From: Amphiscolops sp. MND2022
Taxonomy: Eukaryota
Direction: 5' to 3'
Length of the DNA: 64,000 nucleotides
Assembly (NCBI GenBank): GCA_964187785.1
Contig: OZ076409.1
Location: 67,148,001 to 67,212,000 of the forward strand
The notes beneath the pieces were generated by a model, which made no database searches, was not told where the DNA came from, and worked only from the letters and a program-made list of their open reading frames with translations. The translations under genes were made by a program, and so were the position numbers. Of this stretch, positions 39,758-52,509 are shown piece by piece (the first letter of the stretch is position 1; each line of letters starts with the position of its first letter).

Positions 39758-39888
39758 CTGAAACATGCCACAAAAATTCACTCGAATTTATAAATGGTCG
39801 TTCTTTTGCAATAATTTTCATAACAGTTCTGTGGGGCTTTGCTGATAAAACCATTAAAATTGTAAAAAGATACTGGCTTCCATGTAAA

Positions 39889-40322
39889 AACCAGAGCCGC
39901 ATATGCGGTAAAGGAGTCGGCTTAGATCTTTTTCCTTCTGACTCGCTCGAATCCCAGTCATACGAATTTATTGAAATTGTACACATAGGACCATATTATG
40001 GTGTAGAAAATGACTGTACAAAATTTCGTTCGAATCGAATGGACAGTTTTTGCGAAAATCGAAAAAAGTCGAAAAATGGCTGTTTTTTGGCCATTTTTGG
40101 GCTAATTTTGGCTATGTTTCTCACATTCCAGTCATACGATTTTGATGCCTTTGCGCATGCAGGGGCCCTTTTGGATGTAGAATGACTGCAACAAAATTTT
40201 ATGAAAATCGTATGTACGGTTTTTGAGAAATTTGAAATTTTCATGAAAGGTCGGGAGAAAAAAAAACAAAAATAACGACACGATTGCATAAGTAGTCGAA
40301 AATTTTTTCCGACTACTAAAAA
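39889..40322 (-). mobile_element. Helentron/DINE-1-like element, family B (short copy)
   Basis: AGTCGG/CCGACT subTIR core, CCGCA-TA-TGCGG terminal hairpin; same ends as 58927-59796. Confidence 0.75.
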
Positions 40323-40370
40323 ACGAAACAATAATTTTCATGCAGTGAAAACCTGATTTATCCTTATTAC

Positions 40371-40595
40371 CTGGTTTTCACGATGAGTAGCTTTGAGTGC
40401 TTTGACAGTGTGATTGACCCAATACACGAGTGCGTCTTCTACGTCATAAGGCAGCAGACTCTCGTCCTCGCCGTCCAGGTCTGAGTCGAAGTGCTTAGGG
40501 AAGCTTTGCCGGGTACAGCTGACCACCTTGGAGATAGGCGCTATGAACATGTAGCGGGCAGTGATCAACGATTCCATCAGAGCCAAGTGACTGCC
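40371..40595 (-). CDS. CAMSAP: CAMSAP/Patronin exon 3
   Basis: SHLALMESL...LPYDVEDALVYWVN resembles AHLAMIDTL...LPYDIEDAVMYWIN; phase 0 both ends. Confidence 0.92.
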
Positions 40596-41505
40596 CTAAA
40601 CACATCTACCTTCCTTATTCCGAATCAAACAGTGATCCTTTTGGTAGGTAAACGACCAAATCTGTCACTATTCTAAACTTCAACCTAATATCTAGCAAGC
40701 ATCCAAAGGATCTACTTGACGATTTTACAATTTTACGTGAATTCACAAAACTAGACCAAAGAGACGCCTTTCCATTTTTGCATCGGAATTTTCGCATTTT
40801 TCTTGAAGTTATTGGACGCCTAAAGGTGGTGTGTCCTTTTGTGTGGTTAACTTATTCCTTTGGGATTTATATAAATCGGATTTGAGGTATTGTGTTCCAG
40901 CGCTTTTTGTTCTACTCAATAACAATCATTGAAAGAATCATGGTTTTATTGCATTTCACTACAAAGTTTTATGGCATCACGAACGTCAATGAGATGTTCG
41001 CAGTCAATTATCGCAGTACTTCGATTGACAGCATTGTCTCTTTTAGAACAACACGGTAACACTATCAAAAGAATTGAGTTAGCACCGATACACATCATTG
41101 ACTGTCGCTGACAACATTGGAAATGAAATTCAAAAGAAGTGACTTAAGGGTACAGTATCGGCTGGCCAATTTTATGGACCGAATTCGAATCCCATGTACC
41201 ACAATTCTCTACGAAGAAAGCTGGAAATTGAATTCGGTCAACTTCCTTCACGCTATTTCTTTTGAAGGCCCCTGGGTGGGCTTCACGAGACGGGGCAAAG
41301 TACAAAATAATACCTAAAATTACAGGGTGAAATTTCCAGCCTCAAACCCTTATATTTCAGAAGATAATTCAATTTCTCAAAAAGTGAATTTGTTTGACGG
41401 GAAATGAAAAAGCATCGTGATTGTTAGGGCTTTTGTTTCCCAGTTTCCAAATATTTCACTTCCATTGTACCGGGCATGTAAGCGGATTTATGATATTTGG
41501 GTGTA

Positions 41506-41662
41506 CACTCAACTCCGCTTATAACGATTGCCCGGGACCGGCATTTTTCATAGTTATATCCGAATATCGCTATAGGCGAAAATCGTTATATACCAGCATC
41601 GTGGCAAGGACCGTGAAACTATCGCTATATAACCGGAATATCGTTATAAACGGAGTTGAGTG
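41506..41662. mobile_element. Tc1/mariner-type MITE
   Basis: TIRs CACTCAACTCCGYTTATAACGA at both ends, flanked by TA. Confidence 0.85.
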
Positions 41663-43747
41663 TATTCGTAACAATTAATCCTGAGCTGATTACAATATTG
41701 CAACATTTAATTTGACGATAGTTTCGGCCAACACAAAGGGTTTTTTGCTTTTGACCATAATCCTAGCCCTTAAAAATCATGATGGGGCTACCTCTGTTAA
41801 ACGTTCCAAATTCGAATTCCTTTTAAAGGTATACTTTGCTAGGTTCGCAAGAATTTGATCAAGTGACTCTTTGTTTTCAAGTCAAACGCATTTATACTAG
41901 AATGAAAATAACTCAATTGTTAGTCCTACTTCCTACTTGGGAAATGCACTTACAATGATTTCGTCAAATACTTTTTGATGCTTCAAGACACTTTCTGCAG
42001 ACCTGGAACCGGAAACAACTCCAATGATTTCAATTTTTTAATCCTTAGACATTTTTCCCATCTCTAGCACGCTAAGAGAGGCGTCGGAAATTTTTAAAGA
42101 AATTTTTCAGCCTTGAAACTCGCACGGACACAGAAAAACGATGAATATATTTAGCATGACATATATGCATGATGCTCAGTAACAAAACAAAGGGTCCCAA
42201 CTTTGGATTTTTTATTCAGTATTGTGGGACCTCATTCTTTCTATCTTAACCGAACAGCTGTATCATTCTCAATACTTAATCCTTAATTGTACTTTGTTAT
42301 TTTCGATTCAATTTTTAATTTTTTGAGTTTTGTGTAATGAAAACTCTTTTCTGACTCCTAAGGATGACCTCATTGACTACTTTGTTGGTCCTGGTGAACT
42401 GATGAGACTTATATCAATATTTGCGGAAAAGACTTTTTTTCTGGCAGCGAAAAATTTTTTTGTATGGCCAAAGTGTACCTCATTTTCATAGCTTTCATGA
42501 AAGTTGTCGGCTTGCAAAAATTTTTACGAACTCGAGGAGTCTGCTTTTGAGCTCTTGGACTTTTTCAGAAAAGTATAGAAATTAAAAATTCCATATTTTT
42601 TCATGTTTCAAGTTACGAAAAACGCTATTTTCGAGCCTTTTTAATCCCTTTGGGTATTTTTGGAACTGTAAATTTGTTCCAAGTTTTTTCATTAGTGTCT
42701 CTTTGAAACTCCATTTTCGGCACTTTGAGACTCTTTTCCGAAGAAAAAATACGGGCACAGTATTAGGCTTTCATGTTCATTAATAAAAGCATATGTGGAA
42801 TGACTAAACACTTCTGTTTAATCATTATATAGCGCACAATTAACTTTAATTCTTCTCGGACTAAAGAAAATACAACTATCAAGCGTAGACGAAGTTTCGT
42901 ATTCGCATTTGAATGCAGGCGAAGCTCTCGGCGAACGCATAATTAACACTCGTTCGCTCCATTTCAATAACTCGGCGTACGAAAACAATTACCCACATTT
43001 GCTCGCTTCACCTCAATGAATTCGGAGCACGAATTCATAATTACCACTCGCTCGTTTCATCGCATGAAAAACGAATTGTCGTCGGCAGCTTGAAAAATTT
43101 AAATCTCAAGCATATACTCACTGCCGAACAAAATAATCTCAATTTGTCAGTAGGGACTCAAATCGCGAACGAAAAGTTGACTGAAAAAAGTTCAGATTTC
43201 AATATTATTCCTGCTGCCGCAGAAACGATAAAAATTTGAAAAAACGGGTTTTTATAGTTTGGAGTGGGGAAAAAGCTGTTTTCGAGCCTTATACGTATCC
43301 CTCCGGTCATTTTTCGGCACTGCGAAAATGACAAAAATTTAACAAGTGTCTTTTGCATATTTAAAAAACCTGCTTGTTTGGAACTTGAGCGGGACGCCGC
43401 CTTAGGCCGGTCCCGGCTTGTTTGAATATTTCATCGTGTTTTTGAATTTCTGTCGTGGTTCATGCATCTACCTTTGACAATAGTACACTTTTACCTTTTT
43501 TCGGCACCGAAAAATTTCATTTTCATTTCACCAGAAGGCCTCATTTTGATGTTTTAATATTAAGCAAAACCTATACGAGCCCAAAAGTTGCCGGCTTGGA
43601 TTATTTATCAACACTCGGAATCCGAGAATTTTCTTGAAAACACATCATGATTATATATAAACTTCATTAGAGGGCGTAAACTTGGACCGTTTTCGGTTTT
43701 GATTGAACTGATCCACAATTTAGAATACTTCTGCATTCACTACGTAC

Positions 43748-44044
43748 CATTCTGAAAGGCAGCGTTTGCATGAGGCTAGATTCGTTGACTGGGAACCCAG
43801 GAGATGCGTGGTCCACAACTCTGCCCCCGCTGGCGTCCAGGCCACTGGAATGTTCCATGGGGTAGAGACTCCACCTAGCGGCCAGTTGGGTGAGGATCTC
43901 CTGATGGGATGCCCAGTCACTCCCAAATACCTCATCCTCGCCTGCATCTTCCTCGGAGCAAAACAGATTCAGACAGGCAGAGGTGTAGAGGTCACATGAC
44001 ACTAGAGTAGAAATCACGTGGGGTGAGAGAACTAGCCTTTCGTC
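43748..44044 (-). CDS. CAMSAP: CAMSAP/Patronin exon 2
   Basis: SPHVISTLVSCDLY...HQEILTQLA...LPFRM resembles KPPVVNLLLSAELY...HDAVIQALA...PIQM; ttctag acceptor, ATG|GTACGT donor. Confidence 0.88.
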
Positions 44045-44904
44045 CTAGAACAGAACAAAAAGTGTGTGAATGAAAAGATGAGTATTTAAGCAAACACAAC
44101 AATCATTCAAATGATGTGTTTGAAATGAAAAGATAACGCGAAGGTTCTTTGACAATGATCTCAATATTTTATAAACATTTAAATGGAGGAATTTAAATTA
44201 AATTATCATTTAAATTTCATATTCTTAAAACGCATTTAAAATGGATTTCCAATGGAGCAATATTGAATTGACTTTTTAAATTCGAAAATTTGAGAAATAC
44301 AAAATTGAAGGCATAAGTTGGCAGCAAGCGGTTGTAAATTCGCGAGTCTGAATACCGTTAGAAGTGTGTGCACTTCAAGTAGCAAATATCAGTCTCCGTA
44401 TACCCTCGCTAACAACTGCTGAAGGAGACTTTTCAAAATCTCTTCCTTCAAAAATAGGCAAAAAATTTTAGTGACTATAGTAAAGGGGTTAAGACAAGCG
44501 AAGAAAAAGTTACTTCGACTGTAAAGCAACGATCGCGTCCGTGTGTGTTCGAATCCTAGAATGGACAATTTTATTCTGATTTTAGCGACGGGTTCGAAGT
44601 CGAAAAGTAAACAAGGCCAATTTTATTGAACCTTTTGGGTTTTTTCGGCGCTCTGCGACTTTCGAAAGTTTCATCTAATGATGCCCCTCATTTTTTGAAG
44701 TTTCGGTTCGTAAAAAGGGTTTAGAGTCTAAAAGGACGTCCTTTTGGGGTTTTTTGACAAATTGGGTTTTTCGAGTCTCAAGGCTAGCCATTCGGGTATT
44801 TTTGGCACTGAATGATGATTTAAAAGTTCCACAATAGTTGTGCCTCAAACGTTTCAAACAACTTATCTCTTTTTGAAACTTGAGCGGGGCTCGTTGAAAG
44901 AAAT

Positions 44905-46435
44905 ATCAATGCTGGCAAAGACAATGGGACAGAATGAATAACAAAATAGAAAAGTCCGCAAAAATCAAAGAAAAGATTTTTGAAAAAAACTCGATGAAAA
45001 TCTACGATACAAACTAGATCTGTCAATTGAAAAAGGTGCATCAAGCTGGCTTAACACGCTGCCACTCAAACGATATCACTTTGATTCATCGAAAACAGAA
45101 TTCCGCGCTATGGGTGGGAACCATTAAAAACACCGGCAATGTGTCCATGTGGAGAGCTTTTCAGTCTTTCGCATTCCCTCCATGCAACAACGGAGTCTAC
45201 ACCCAGATGCGATACAACGAAATTCGCAACACGTTTGCCTCGGTTATGAAAGAAGTCTGCTATGATGTTGAAATTGAGCCGAAAATTCAGCCATTGGAAG
45301 TGAGTCCTTCGTCGATAAAACAACGACAACTGAAGATGAGGCGAGATTGGACATTAATGTAAACGGAATCTGGGACTCTCGTTTCTGTAGAACTTTTTTT
45401 GACGTTAAGATTTTCAAGAATATGTCCCAAAAAAGTCAACGAGGCATTTAAGTATCATGAATCTTGAAAGAAACTCAAATACGAGTCCAGAATCATAACT
45501 ATGGAAAAAAAGAACCTTTAACCCCATAGTTTTTAGGTGGCGTTTTCGAAGAAAATCCCCAGTTTTACAGTGGCCAGTTTTTTTCGTCAGTTAAACGCGA
45601 TCGGTCCACTTTTTGTGGACGCACTTCTACCATTGGTACTTAGTACTTCATTTTCAAAGCATCCAAAGCCTCTAACATGAGATAAAAAGCCATTCCAAAG
45701 CAGAAGGGTCCACTCTTTTCGACACTATGAGACTTCCCCTTTTTCGGCACAGTGAGACTGTTCAAATTTATCAAAAAAATCCCAAAGGGTCCCCCTTTTT
45801 TATTTTTCGGCACTATGCGACTTACCGGAAACTTTTAAAAAGTTTCGAGAAAAAAATCGGATTTTTCTCCTCAATTTTTAGTTTTTTGAAAGCTTTTGTT
45901 GTCTCCAGTTGTAGAAAAAGTGGTTTTCGAGTCTTATTGAGCCTAAGATATGGCACCGACTTAGGCCGTTCCCGGCTTGTTGCATGTACAGGTGGCGCTG
46001 GACCATCAGCCACAAAAGTAATTACCCGACTAGCTGCAAAATTCAACAGAAAAGGGTTCAGAAGATACGCCGACGCGATAAGCTACATTAGAACCACAAT
46101 AAGTTCCTCTTCTACGTAGTTCCGTCCTCTGTCTCAGAGGCTGCAAAGCGACACGCCGCCAGCATGCAATCGTAGAGTGATCTATCAGTGCTATTGTTCA
46201 CGAGGGAGGGCTGTCATAATTCAGACAACCCCTCGGATGCTTCCCATGAAACCAAAGAATTTCCGACGATCAATAAAATTTGAGATACATTGTTCTAATT
46301 TATAAACTTCCCGGTACTTACCGATGTTCTCCAAATTGATTTTACAGGACCGTTATTGACACTGTAAGGAGGTTCTACAGCTTGCACCCAATCTCTTTTC
46401 ACTGACACACCCACCATATAATAAGGGCAAAAAAT
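44905..46435 (+). mobile_element. Decayed CRE-clade non-LTR retrotransposon 3' part, interrupted by a Helentron-like element
   Basis: GASSWL..LP, CPCGE zinc knuckle, RYNEIRN, ARLDI...TFFDVKIF restriction-like endonuclease, PIVFACTGGAG; frameshifts. Confidence 0.8.
45531..45981 (+). mobile_element. Family-A Helentron-like element inserted in a T-run of the CRE ORF
   Basis: Removing it restores PIVFACTGG; 3' end GGCCGTTCCCGGCTTGTT. Confidence 0.8.
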
Positions 46436-46742
46436 GCTATCTCTCTACATCAAATCCCAGTTTCAATACGCGCTGTCCTTACTGAACATGCATTCCTATT
46501 TCCAAATGTTACATACTCATTTGTAGTAAGAAAAGAACCCGATGAAAACAGTATTATCATTGAAATTTAAATCGTAATTTATATGAACTTAAATTCTATA
46601 TGTTCAACACTGGGTAGAGAATTACAGATGGGGATATTCCGTTCCGTTTGTTATAAATTTTTTTAAAAAATCAAAAAAAGGTTTACCAGGTACATGGCAA
46701 TTGACATGATTCAAATCATACCGGTCGAAACAGTACTCAAAG

Positions 46743-47092
46743 CAGGCTTTTGACATTGCTAATTTTTTTCGCTAATCGCTAAACCGCTAATTTTAAAATC
46801 GCTGTTTCGCTGAAAAAGGGTTTCTACAAATGTTAAATGTTCAACTTCAAGTATGTTTTAAAATTTAGTTTTGCAAGAAAAAAGACTAGAATTTTTCGTA
46901 CTGTGTAGGTTTTACAAGGATAAGAGTTGGAATTTTTCAAAATTCGTTCTAAAACTCTGTATACTCAGAAGAAACTTTGAATTTGGACAACCTATTAGTT
47001 GCCGCTAATTTGAATCGCTAATGAAATCGCTGAAAAAATTCTGCGCGGCCCTCTAATTCGCTAAATCGCTGATTAGCGGTGTCAAATCTCTG
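46743..47092. mobile_element. hAT-type MITE with 8-bp TSD ACTCAAAG
   Basis: CAGGCTTTTGACA...TGTCAAATCTCTG TIRs; identical 8-mer at 46735-46742 and 47093-47100; subterminal CGCTAA repeats; partial relative at ~24410. Confidence 0.88.
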
Positions 47093-47363
47093 ACTCAAAG
47101 TCCGATATATTTTTATTCCGGTTAAATCTGGTGAATGAGTCGTATCCAAGAAACCTTGAAACCGAGGAACTTGAAACTCGACGATTTTGATGCTTTCAAC
47201 GAATGGTTTAATTTGATGTAGATTTTCGCAGAAATACTGAACTTTCTTGCTTTTGATTAACATTAAAAAGCTCAATTTTCAGACGCGTCTTTTCCGAAAA
47301 TGGACTTTTGCTTCTCGGTTGAAATGGTTAAGCCAGGTTTCATTGCAGCCAATCGGATTTTTA

Positions 47364-48746
47364 ATGACAGTGTTACGTAACATTGATGTTACACAGAAGT
47401 CGGGAACTAAAAAATCTTTGACTCGCATCTTTGAAAATCCAACAAAGGAGTGTATAGAGAAAGCTTGGACTTTGTTACTCCTGTGCGAGCAGAAGGTTAT
47501 TCAAGAGGACTATCAGAAAGGAAAATTCAGCAATTTGGGTGCCGACAAAAACAAGAATGGTATTATCGTGGTAGGAGCAAGGGTTGGTGCGGCAGTGCCA
47601 TTGTTGAGGCAGTCATCGTTATCTGATTTGTTAGTCCGGGATGCGCATAATCAAGGGCACTTGGGTGTTGCAGCAACTACAAGCAAAGTGAGAGCACTGG
47701 CCTGGGTAATCAACCTGCCCAAGCTTTCGAAAAAAGTTGTTAGAAGTTGTTATGGCTGTCGGCTTTACAATAAGGAGACAGTGCAGCAATTTATAGGGTC
47801 ACCGCCAGACGAGAGGCTGAAACCATCTTTACCATTCACTAACGTTTGCTTGGATTTGTTTGGACCATTCAACGTCCGTCTAACGATGTCTAAAACTGAC
47901 ATTGGAAAAGCATACGGAGTTATAATTACCTGTATGTTCACAAGAGCAATTCACCTCGACGTTGCAGCGGAGTACTCTACTGAAGCGTTTTTACAGGCTT
48001 TCAGAAGGTTTACATCGGTTAGGGGAACTCCCGAAGTTATATTTTCCGATTCAGGCACACAACTGGTGGGCGCTAATGCTATCATTCAGGCAGCAATGCG
48101 AGAGATGGATCGCAAACATGCGACCGAGGCTTGCAAAGACATTCGTTGGGAGTTTGCACCGGGCGGAGCACCATGGAGACAAGGCTGCGCAGAGTCATTA
48201 ATAAAAACGGTGAAGAAAAGTTTGTTCTTTGCTGTGGGGAGACAAAAACTATCAATTCTAGAGTTACAAACAGTTTTGTTTGAGGCGGCTAACTTGATCA
48301 ATTCTCGGCCGATGGGTACACACCCTACTCATCCCGATGATGGCTGCTACTTGTCGCCAAACGAGATGCTACTGGGAAAGTCAGCAGGCGGAAGTATCGT
48401 CTTAGCCAATGAACGAAATAAACTTGGGCACAGGCTGAGCTTGGTGGAAAATGTGCTAAATGGATTTTGGAAGAGATGGCAAATGTTGTACATGTATAGC
48501 ATGGCTCACTTGAAAAAGTGGACCAAGAAACATAGAAATGTTCAAAAGGGTGATGTGGTGTTGGTAGAAGACAACAATGCACTGAGAGGTCACTGGACTA
48601 TTGGTAGAGTTAAAGAATGCTACCCCGGAAGAGATGGGTTGGTCCGTGATGTCGAGGTCGAGATCGTCAAAGCAAATGGAGTGAAGACAACAGTGTCCAG
48701 ACCAGTACAAAAACTCTCCAGTTTGGTACCTATTGAAGAACAATAG
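47364..48746 (+). CDS. BEL/Pao integrase, uninterrupted ORF (460 aa from ATG 47364)
   Basis: HNQGH...CYGC zinc finger; CLDLFGP, FSDSGT, GCAESLIK (D,D,E); C-terminal FWKRW...GDVVLV...GRDGLVR block typical of Pao. Confidence 0.9.
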   Translation: MTVLRNIDVTQKSGTKKSLTRIFENPTKECIEKAWTLLLLCEQKVIQEDYQKGKFSNLGADKNKNGIIVVGARVGAAVPLLRQSSLSDLLVRDAHNQGHLGVAATTSKVRALAWVINLPKLSKKVVRSCYGCRLYNKETVQQFIGSPPDERLKPSLPFTNVCLDLFGPFNVRLTMSKTDIGKAYGVIITCMFTRAIHLDVAAEYSTEAFLQAFRRFTSVRGTPEVIFSDSGTQLVGANAIIQAAMREMDRKHATEACKDIRWEFAPGGAPWRQGCAESLIKTVKKSLFFAVGRQKLSILELQTVLFEAANLINSRPMGTHPTHPDDGCYLSPNEMLLGKSAGGSIVLANERNKLGHRLSLVENVLNGFWKRWQMLYMYSMAHLKKWTKKHRNVQKGDVVLVEDNNALRGHWTIGRVKECYPGRDGLVRDVEVEIVKANGVKTTVSRPVQKLSSLVPIEEQ

Positions 48747-49001
48747 CGGGCCCCGGAGTGTTACGTAACATTGATGTTACTCAGAAGTCAAACTTGAACT
48801 TTGATTGCAAGAATAATTGACTAATGACTCATAAGTTCTAATGCGGTAAAACAGTGTGGACAAATGTGGTATGTAACTCTACTTCTACTTATTCGACGAT
48901 TTATAAAGACTATCAGGTAATCCCTTTTTGTTGTTTCTAGTATTGAATTACAACTATTCTGAAAGTTGGATTTTGCAAACACTAACTGTCCACACGAAGC
49001 A
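47371..49001 (+). mobile_element. Internally deleted BEL/Pao LTR retrotransposon
   Basis: 31-bp direct repeat TGTTACGTAACATTGATGTTAC(A/T)CAGAAGTC at 47371 and 48759; candidate 5-bp TSD GACAG (47366-47370; 49002-49006). Confidence 0.8.
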
Positions 49002-50383
49002 GACAGCAAAATGTTCACTCGAAGACTTGACAAATTTGAGAACCCTTTGTACTTTTGATTTGGATACCTTCACACAAGAATTTTGACTGTTTACGCCCGA
49101 GAGCCTCTGGACAGTGCCAAAAAGGCTTCCACAAAATTGAATAAGGAAGCGTGGCATCAAATCACTGCATCATTTACAAATTTACTGCATCATATCTCGA
49201 AGCAAGACATTGGACATTGCTTGTCCGAGAGCAAAAACTTGCACGCCAAGGTATATCCTGTGGGGGTGTTATTAAGACAGCCTTCACTCTTCGACCTCTG
49301 CGCCAATTACAGAATCAATGGTTTTTGGTTGTAGTTTGAGTAACGGCACATAATTGCCATTGTGACCATTTCTGGCTGAAAGTTCCGGGTAGCTGGAAAT
49401 TACCTTTTAGTTGGCCAGGCTTTAGAGTACGAGGCTTGAAAGCAATACGTGACCGAATTCCGCTCGGACAAACTTTTTATCAAAATTTTTACAATGCTAC
49501 TTGACCTTATGGTTAGGGTCTAAGTTTGGAAACAGGGTAGAAGGGTTCGAATCCCGCACAGAACAATTCTTTTTTAGTTTGAAAAGCTTCACGAGACCAA
49601 AGGATCTCTCGTTGTTTTTTTCGGCCTTGTGCTACTTTATCGAAGTTATTTAACCAAGAGGCCTTCTTTCAACTTTTGGAAAATGTCAAAAATGTCAGTC
49701 AGAAAGAAGTTTTCGAGTACAATTTTTTTCGGCACTGTACGACTTTGTTTCCAGTTTGGACAAATATAGACAGAGAGGCTTCCTTTTTTGAGTAAGGAAA
49801 AAACAATTATAAGCCCAAAGGGTACATTTGGGCCTATAGATTTCCTAAAACAAGTGAGATGTTTGAACAAGTAGAAGGCATCCGACTTTTTTCCTAAAGG
49901 AGTCTTGAAAGAGTTTACGAAAATTATCACAACGCCAATGTGCTTCTTTAGAATTTAATTTACAAAAAATATCCGGAAGTTCTATTCACAATTCAAATTA
50001 AAACCAATTTTATAATGTTGAAAAAATTGCTTGCTGCATTATAGTTTCGTGGCTTCAGAACGTACGGTCCTCTTTTACATTTTTAACAAGTATAGTGGAA
50101 GAATTGGACATGAAAACATGTTGGTTAGCAGAATTTACAACAAATGAATTCAAATGTTTTCTGCTAAAGGACAACTGAGGATAACTTTAGAACCAAATCA
50201 AAAGCAACGGTACTTTTCGTCTCTTACTTGCACTGTTTTGGCAGCAAGGGTAAATCAAGGTTCAAGTTTGTCACAAGACGGTAGGAACTCAGGGAATTAA
50301 CTAACATTAGAGATTTCCGTTGCATATGTCATGCATCGATGTTTTGAAGAGTTCAAGAACTTGGAACTTCCATAACTTCTATG

Positions 50384-51842
50384 AACAAGCCGGGACCCCG
50401 CTCAAGTTTCAAACAAGACGGGAACGTCTAAAGTCGGCGCTATATCTAAGGCTCAAAAAGCGCAGTTTTTAAAAACTGAAAAAAAAACAATTTTTATGAC
50501 AAAAAATAATCATTTCGAAAAATCTCACAATGTCGAAAATTGTAAAAGGGGGGACCCTTTGGGCTTTTTGAAAATCCAGTTTGTTGCAAAATATCAAAAA
50601 AATTGAAGGGGGACCCTTTGGAGACAAAAAAAAATTTGAAAAAAGTCTCATAGCGCCGAAAAAATTGAAAGGGGGGACACTTTGGTCTCATCCGGTTTTG
50701 TAGGTTACGTTAAAAAAGTAAAAAATGAAAGGGGGGTCCTTTGGCGACAAAAAATTTTTCGAAAAAAAGTCGCACAGTGCCGAAAAATATCGAAAGGGGG
50801 ACTCTATTTCAGTCCCGTTCGGTTTTGTAGGTTACCTTGAAAAAATAAAAAATGAAAGGGGAAACCTTTGGACTAAGTTTGCCTTGGCCCCGGACTTGGC
50901 CTTAGGTGTAGGTGGTTTCAGGATTGTTTCTAAAAAGTGGACCGATCAGTGTGAGGATTGTAGTCTGAAGAAAAAAGTCACTGCTATAGTCGGGCATTTT
51001 TCCTTAAAAGGATAAAGCGCCGACTAAAAACCAAGCTTCTTAAATATGCAAATGACACTATTTTTAAACTTTTATCAATTTCCCAGTGGTGAAATATACC
51101 TTAAGGGATACGCGTAAGACTCAAAATCACTTTTTCTACAGCTGGAAACACAAACAGTCCATTTTTTGAAAATTATATTTTTCGGAGAAGTCTCATAGTG
51201 CCGAAAAAATGTTTCAGCTCGCAAATCTACCTTTTTCTAGCCTGAAATCAGCTATGAAAGCAAGGGGGTACCTTACAACCAAACGGAAGTTTCAGAAAGA
51301 CGCACAGAGCCGAAAAAAGGTATTTTCCACAATCAAGAAAACTCATCAGTTTCACAGGATTGAAAAGTAACAAAAAGGTCACCCTCAAGACTCGGGAAAT
51401 GTTTCCTTTAGAGAAAACCTCAAGAAACCAAAAATTGTGAAAAGATTCAAAAACTTTTTCGTAATATTTTTCTACTCCGGTAAGTAGCATAGTGCCGGAA
51501 AAACTAAAAGTGGCCATCTATGCTCGCAAAATGTGAGAGGGGGCGATTTAGGTTTGAAAAAAAATCTGATAAAAAGTGGCATAATGCTGAAAATGTTCTC
51601 AAGAGGAGATCCTTGTATTCCCCCTACTTTTGCAAAATAAACAATTTTTTAGTCTATTGCGAGACTTGAACCTGCTTCTCAGACCTTCTGAGGTTAATTA
51701 ATCTCTTCGTCAAGTGGCAGTTAGAAGTAACTAACTTGAAGAACTTTTGGAAGAACTATTTTGGTTAGTTCAGGTGTATCAAAAAAAACTGAAGAAAGCC
51801 ATGACTATAGTCGCTCTCTTCTAAAAAAGCACCGACTAAAAA
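50384..51842 (-). mobile_element. Nested family-A-related Helentron-like elements (inner copy 50412-51030)
   Basis: Outer AACAAGCCGGG...CCGACTAAAAA interrupted by a full AACAAGACGGG...GCGCCGACTAAAAA copy. Confidence 0.65.
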
Positions 51843-51865
51843 CATAAAAAAATAACGAGAAAAAT

Positions 51866-52389
51866 AACAAGCCGGGAACGGCCCAAGTCGGCGCCATATC
51901 TAAGGCTCAAAAAGACTCGAAAACGAAAACCACTCTTTCTACAACTGGAGACAACAAAAGCTCTCAAAAAACTAAAAATTGAGAAAAAAATTTCCGAATT
52001 TTTTTTCGAAATTTTTCCGAAGTTTCCGGTAAGTCGCATAGTGCCGAAAAATGTAAAAGGGAGGACGCTTTGGGATTTTTTGAACATCCATTCTGTAGCA
52101 AAATTGATGAGAGGAACAATAAAAAAAATTCGGAAAAAAATCAGTCTCGCAGTGCCGAAAAAAGGAGGAAAGTCGCATAGTGTCGAAAAAAGTGGACCCC
52201 TCTGCTTTGGAATGGCTTTTTATCTCATGTTGGAGGCTTTGGATGCGTTGAAAATGAAGTACTAAGTACATATGGTAAAAGTTGGTAAATGTGCATTAAT
52301 GCACAAAAAGTGGACGCTCCGCGTTGAACTGACGAAAAAAACTAGCCACTGTAAGAGTCAGGATTTTCATCGAAAACGCCGACTAAAAA
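51866..52389 (-). mobile_element. Family-A Helentron-like element
   Basis: Complete ends; body closely matches the reverse complement of 45531-45981. Confidence 0.78.
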
Positions 52390-52509
52390 CATGAAATAAA
52401 ATTTAGAATTCATTCAGAATTCACTTAAGATTCATATACAAATTCATTGAAGTAGAAAATCAAAGCTATCATTCTTGTATCATGCTCTCGATAACTTTAC
52501 ATAATTTCA

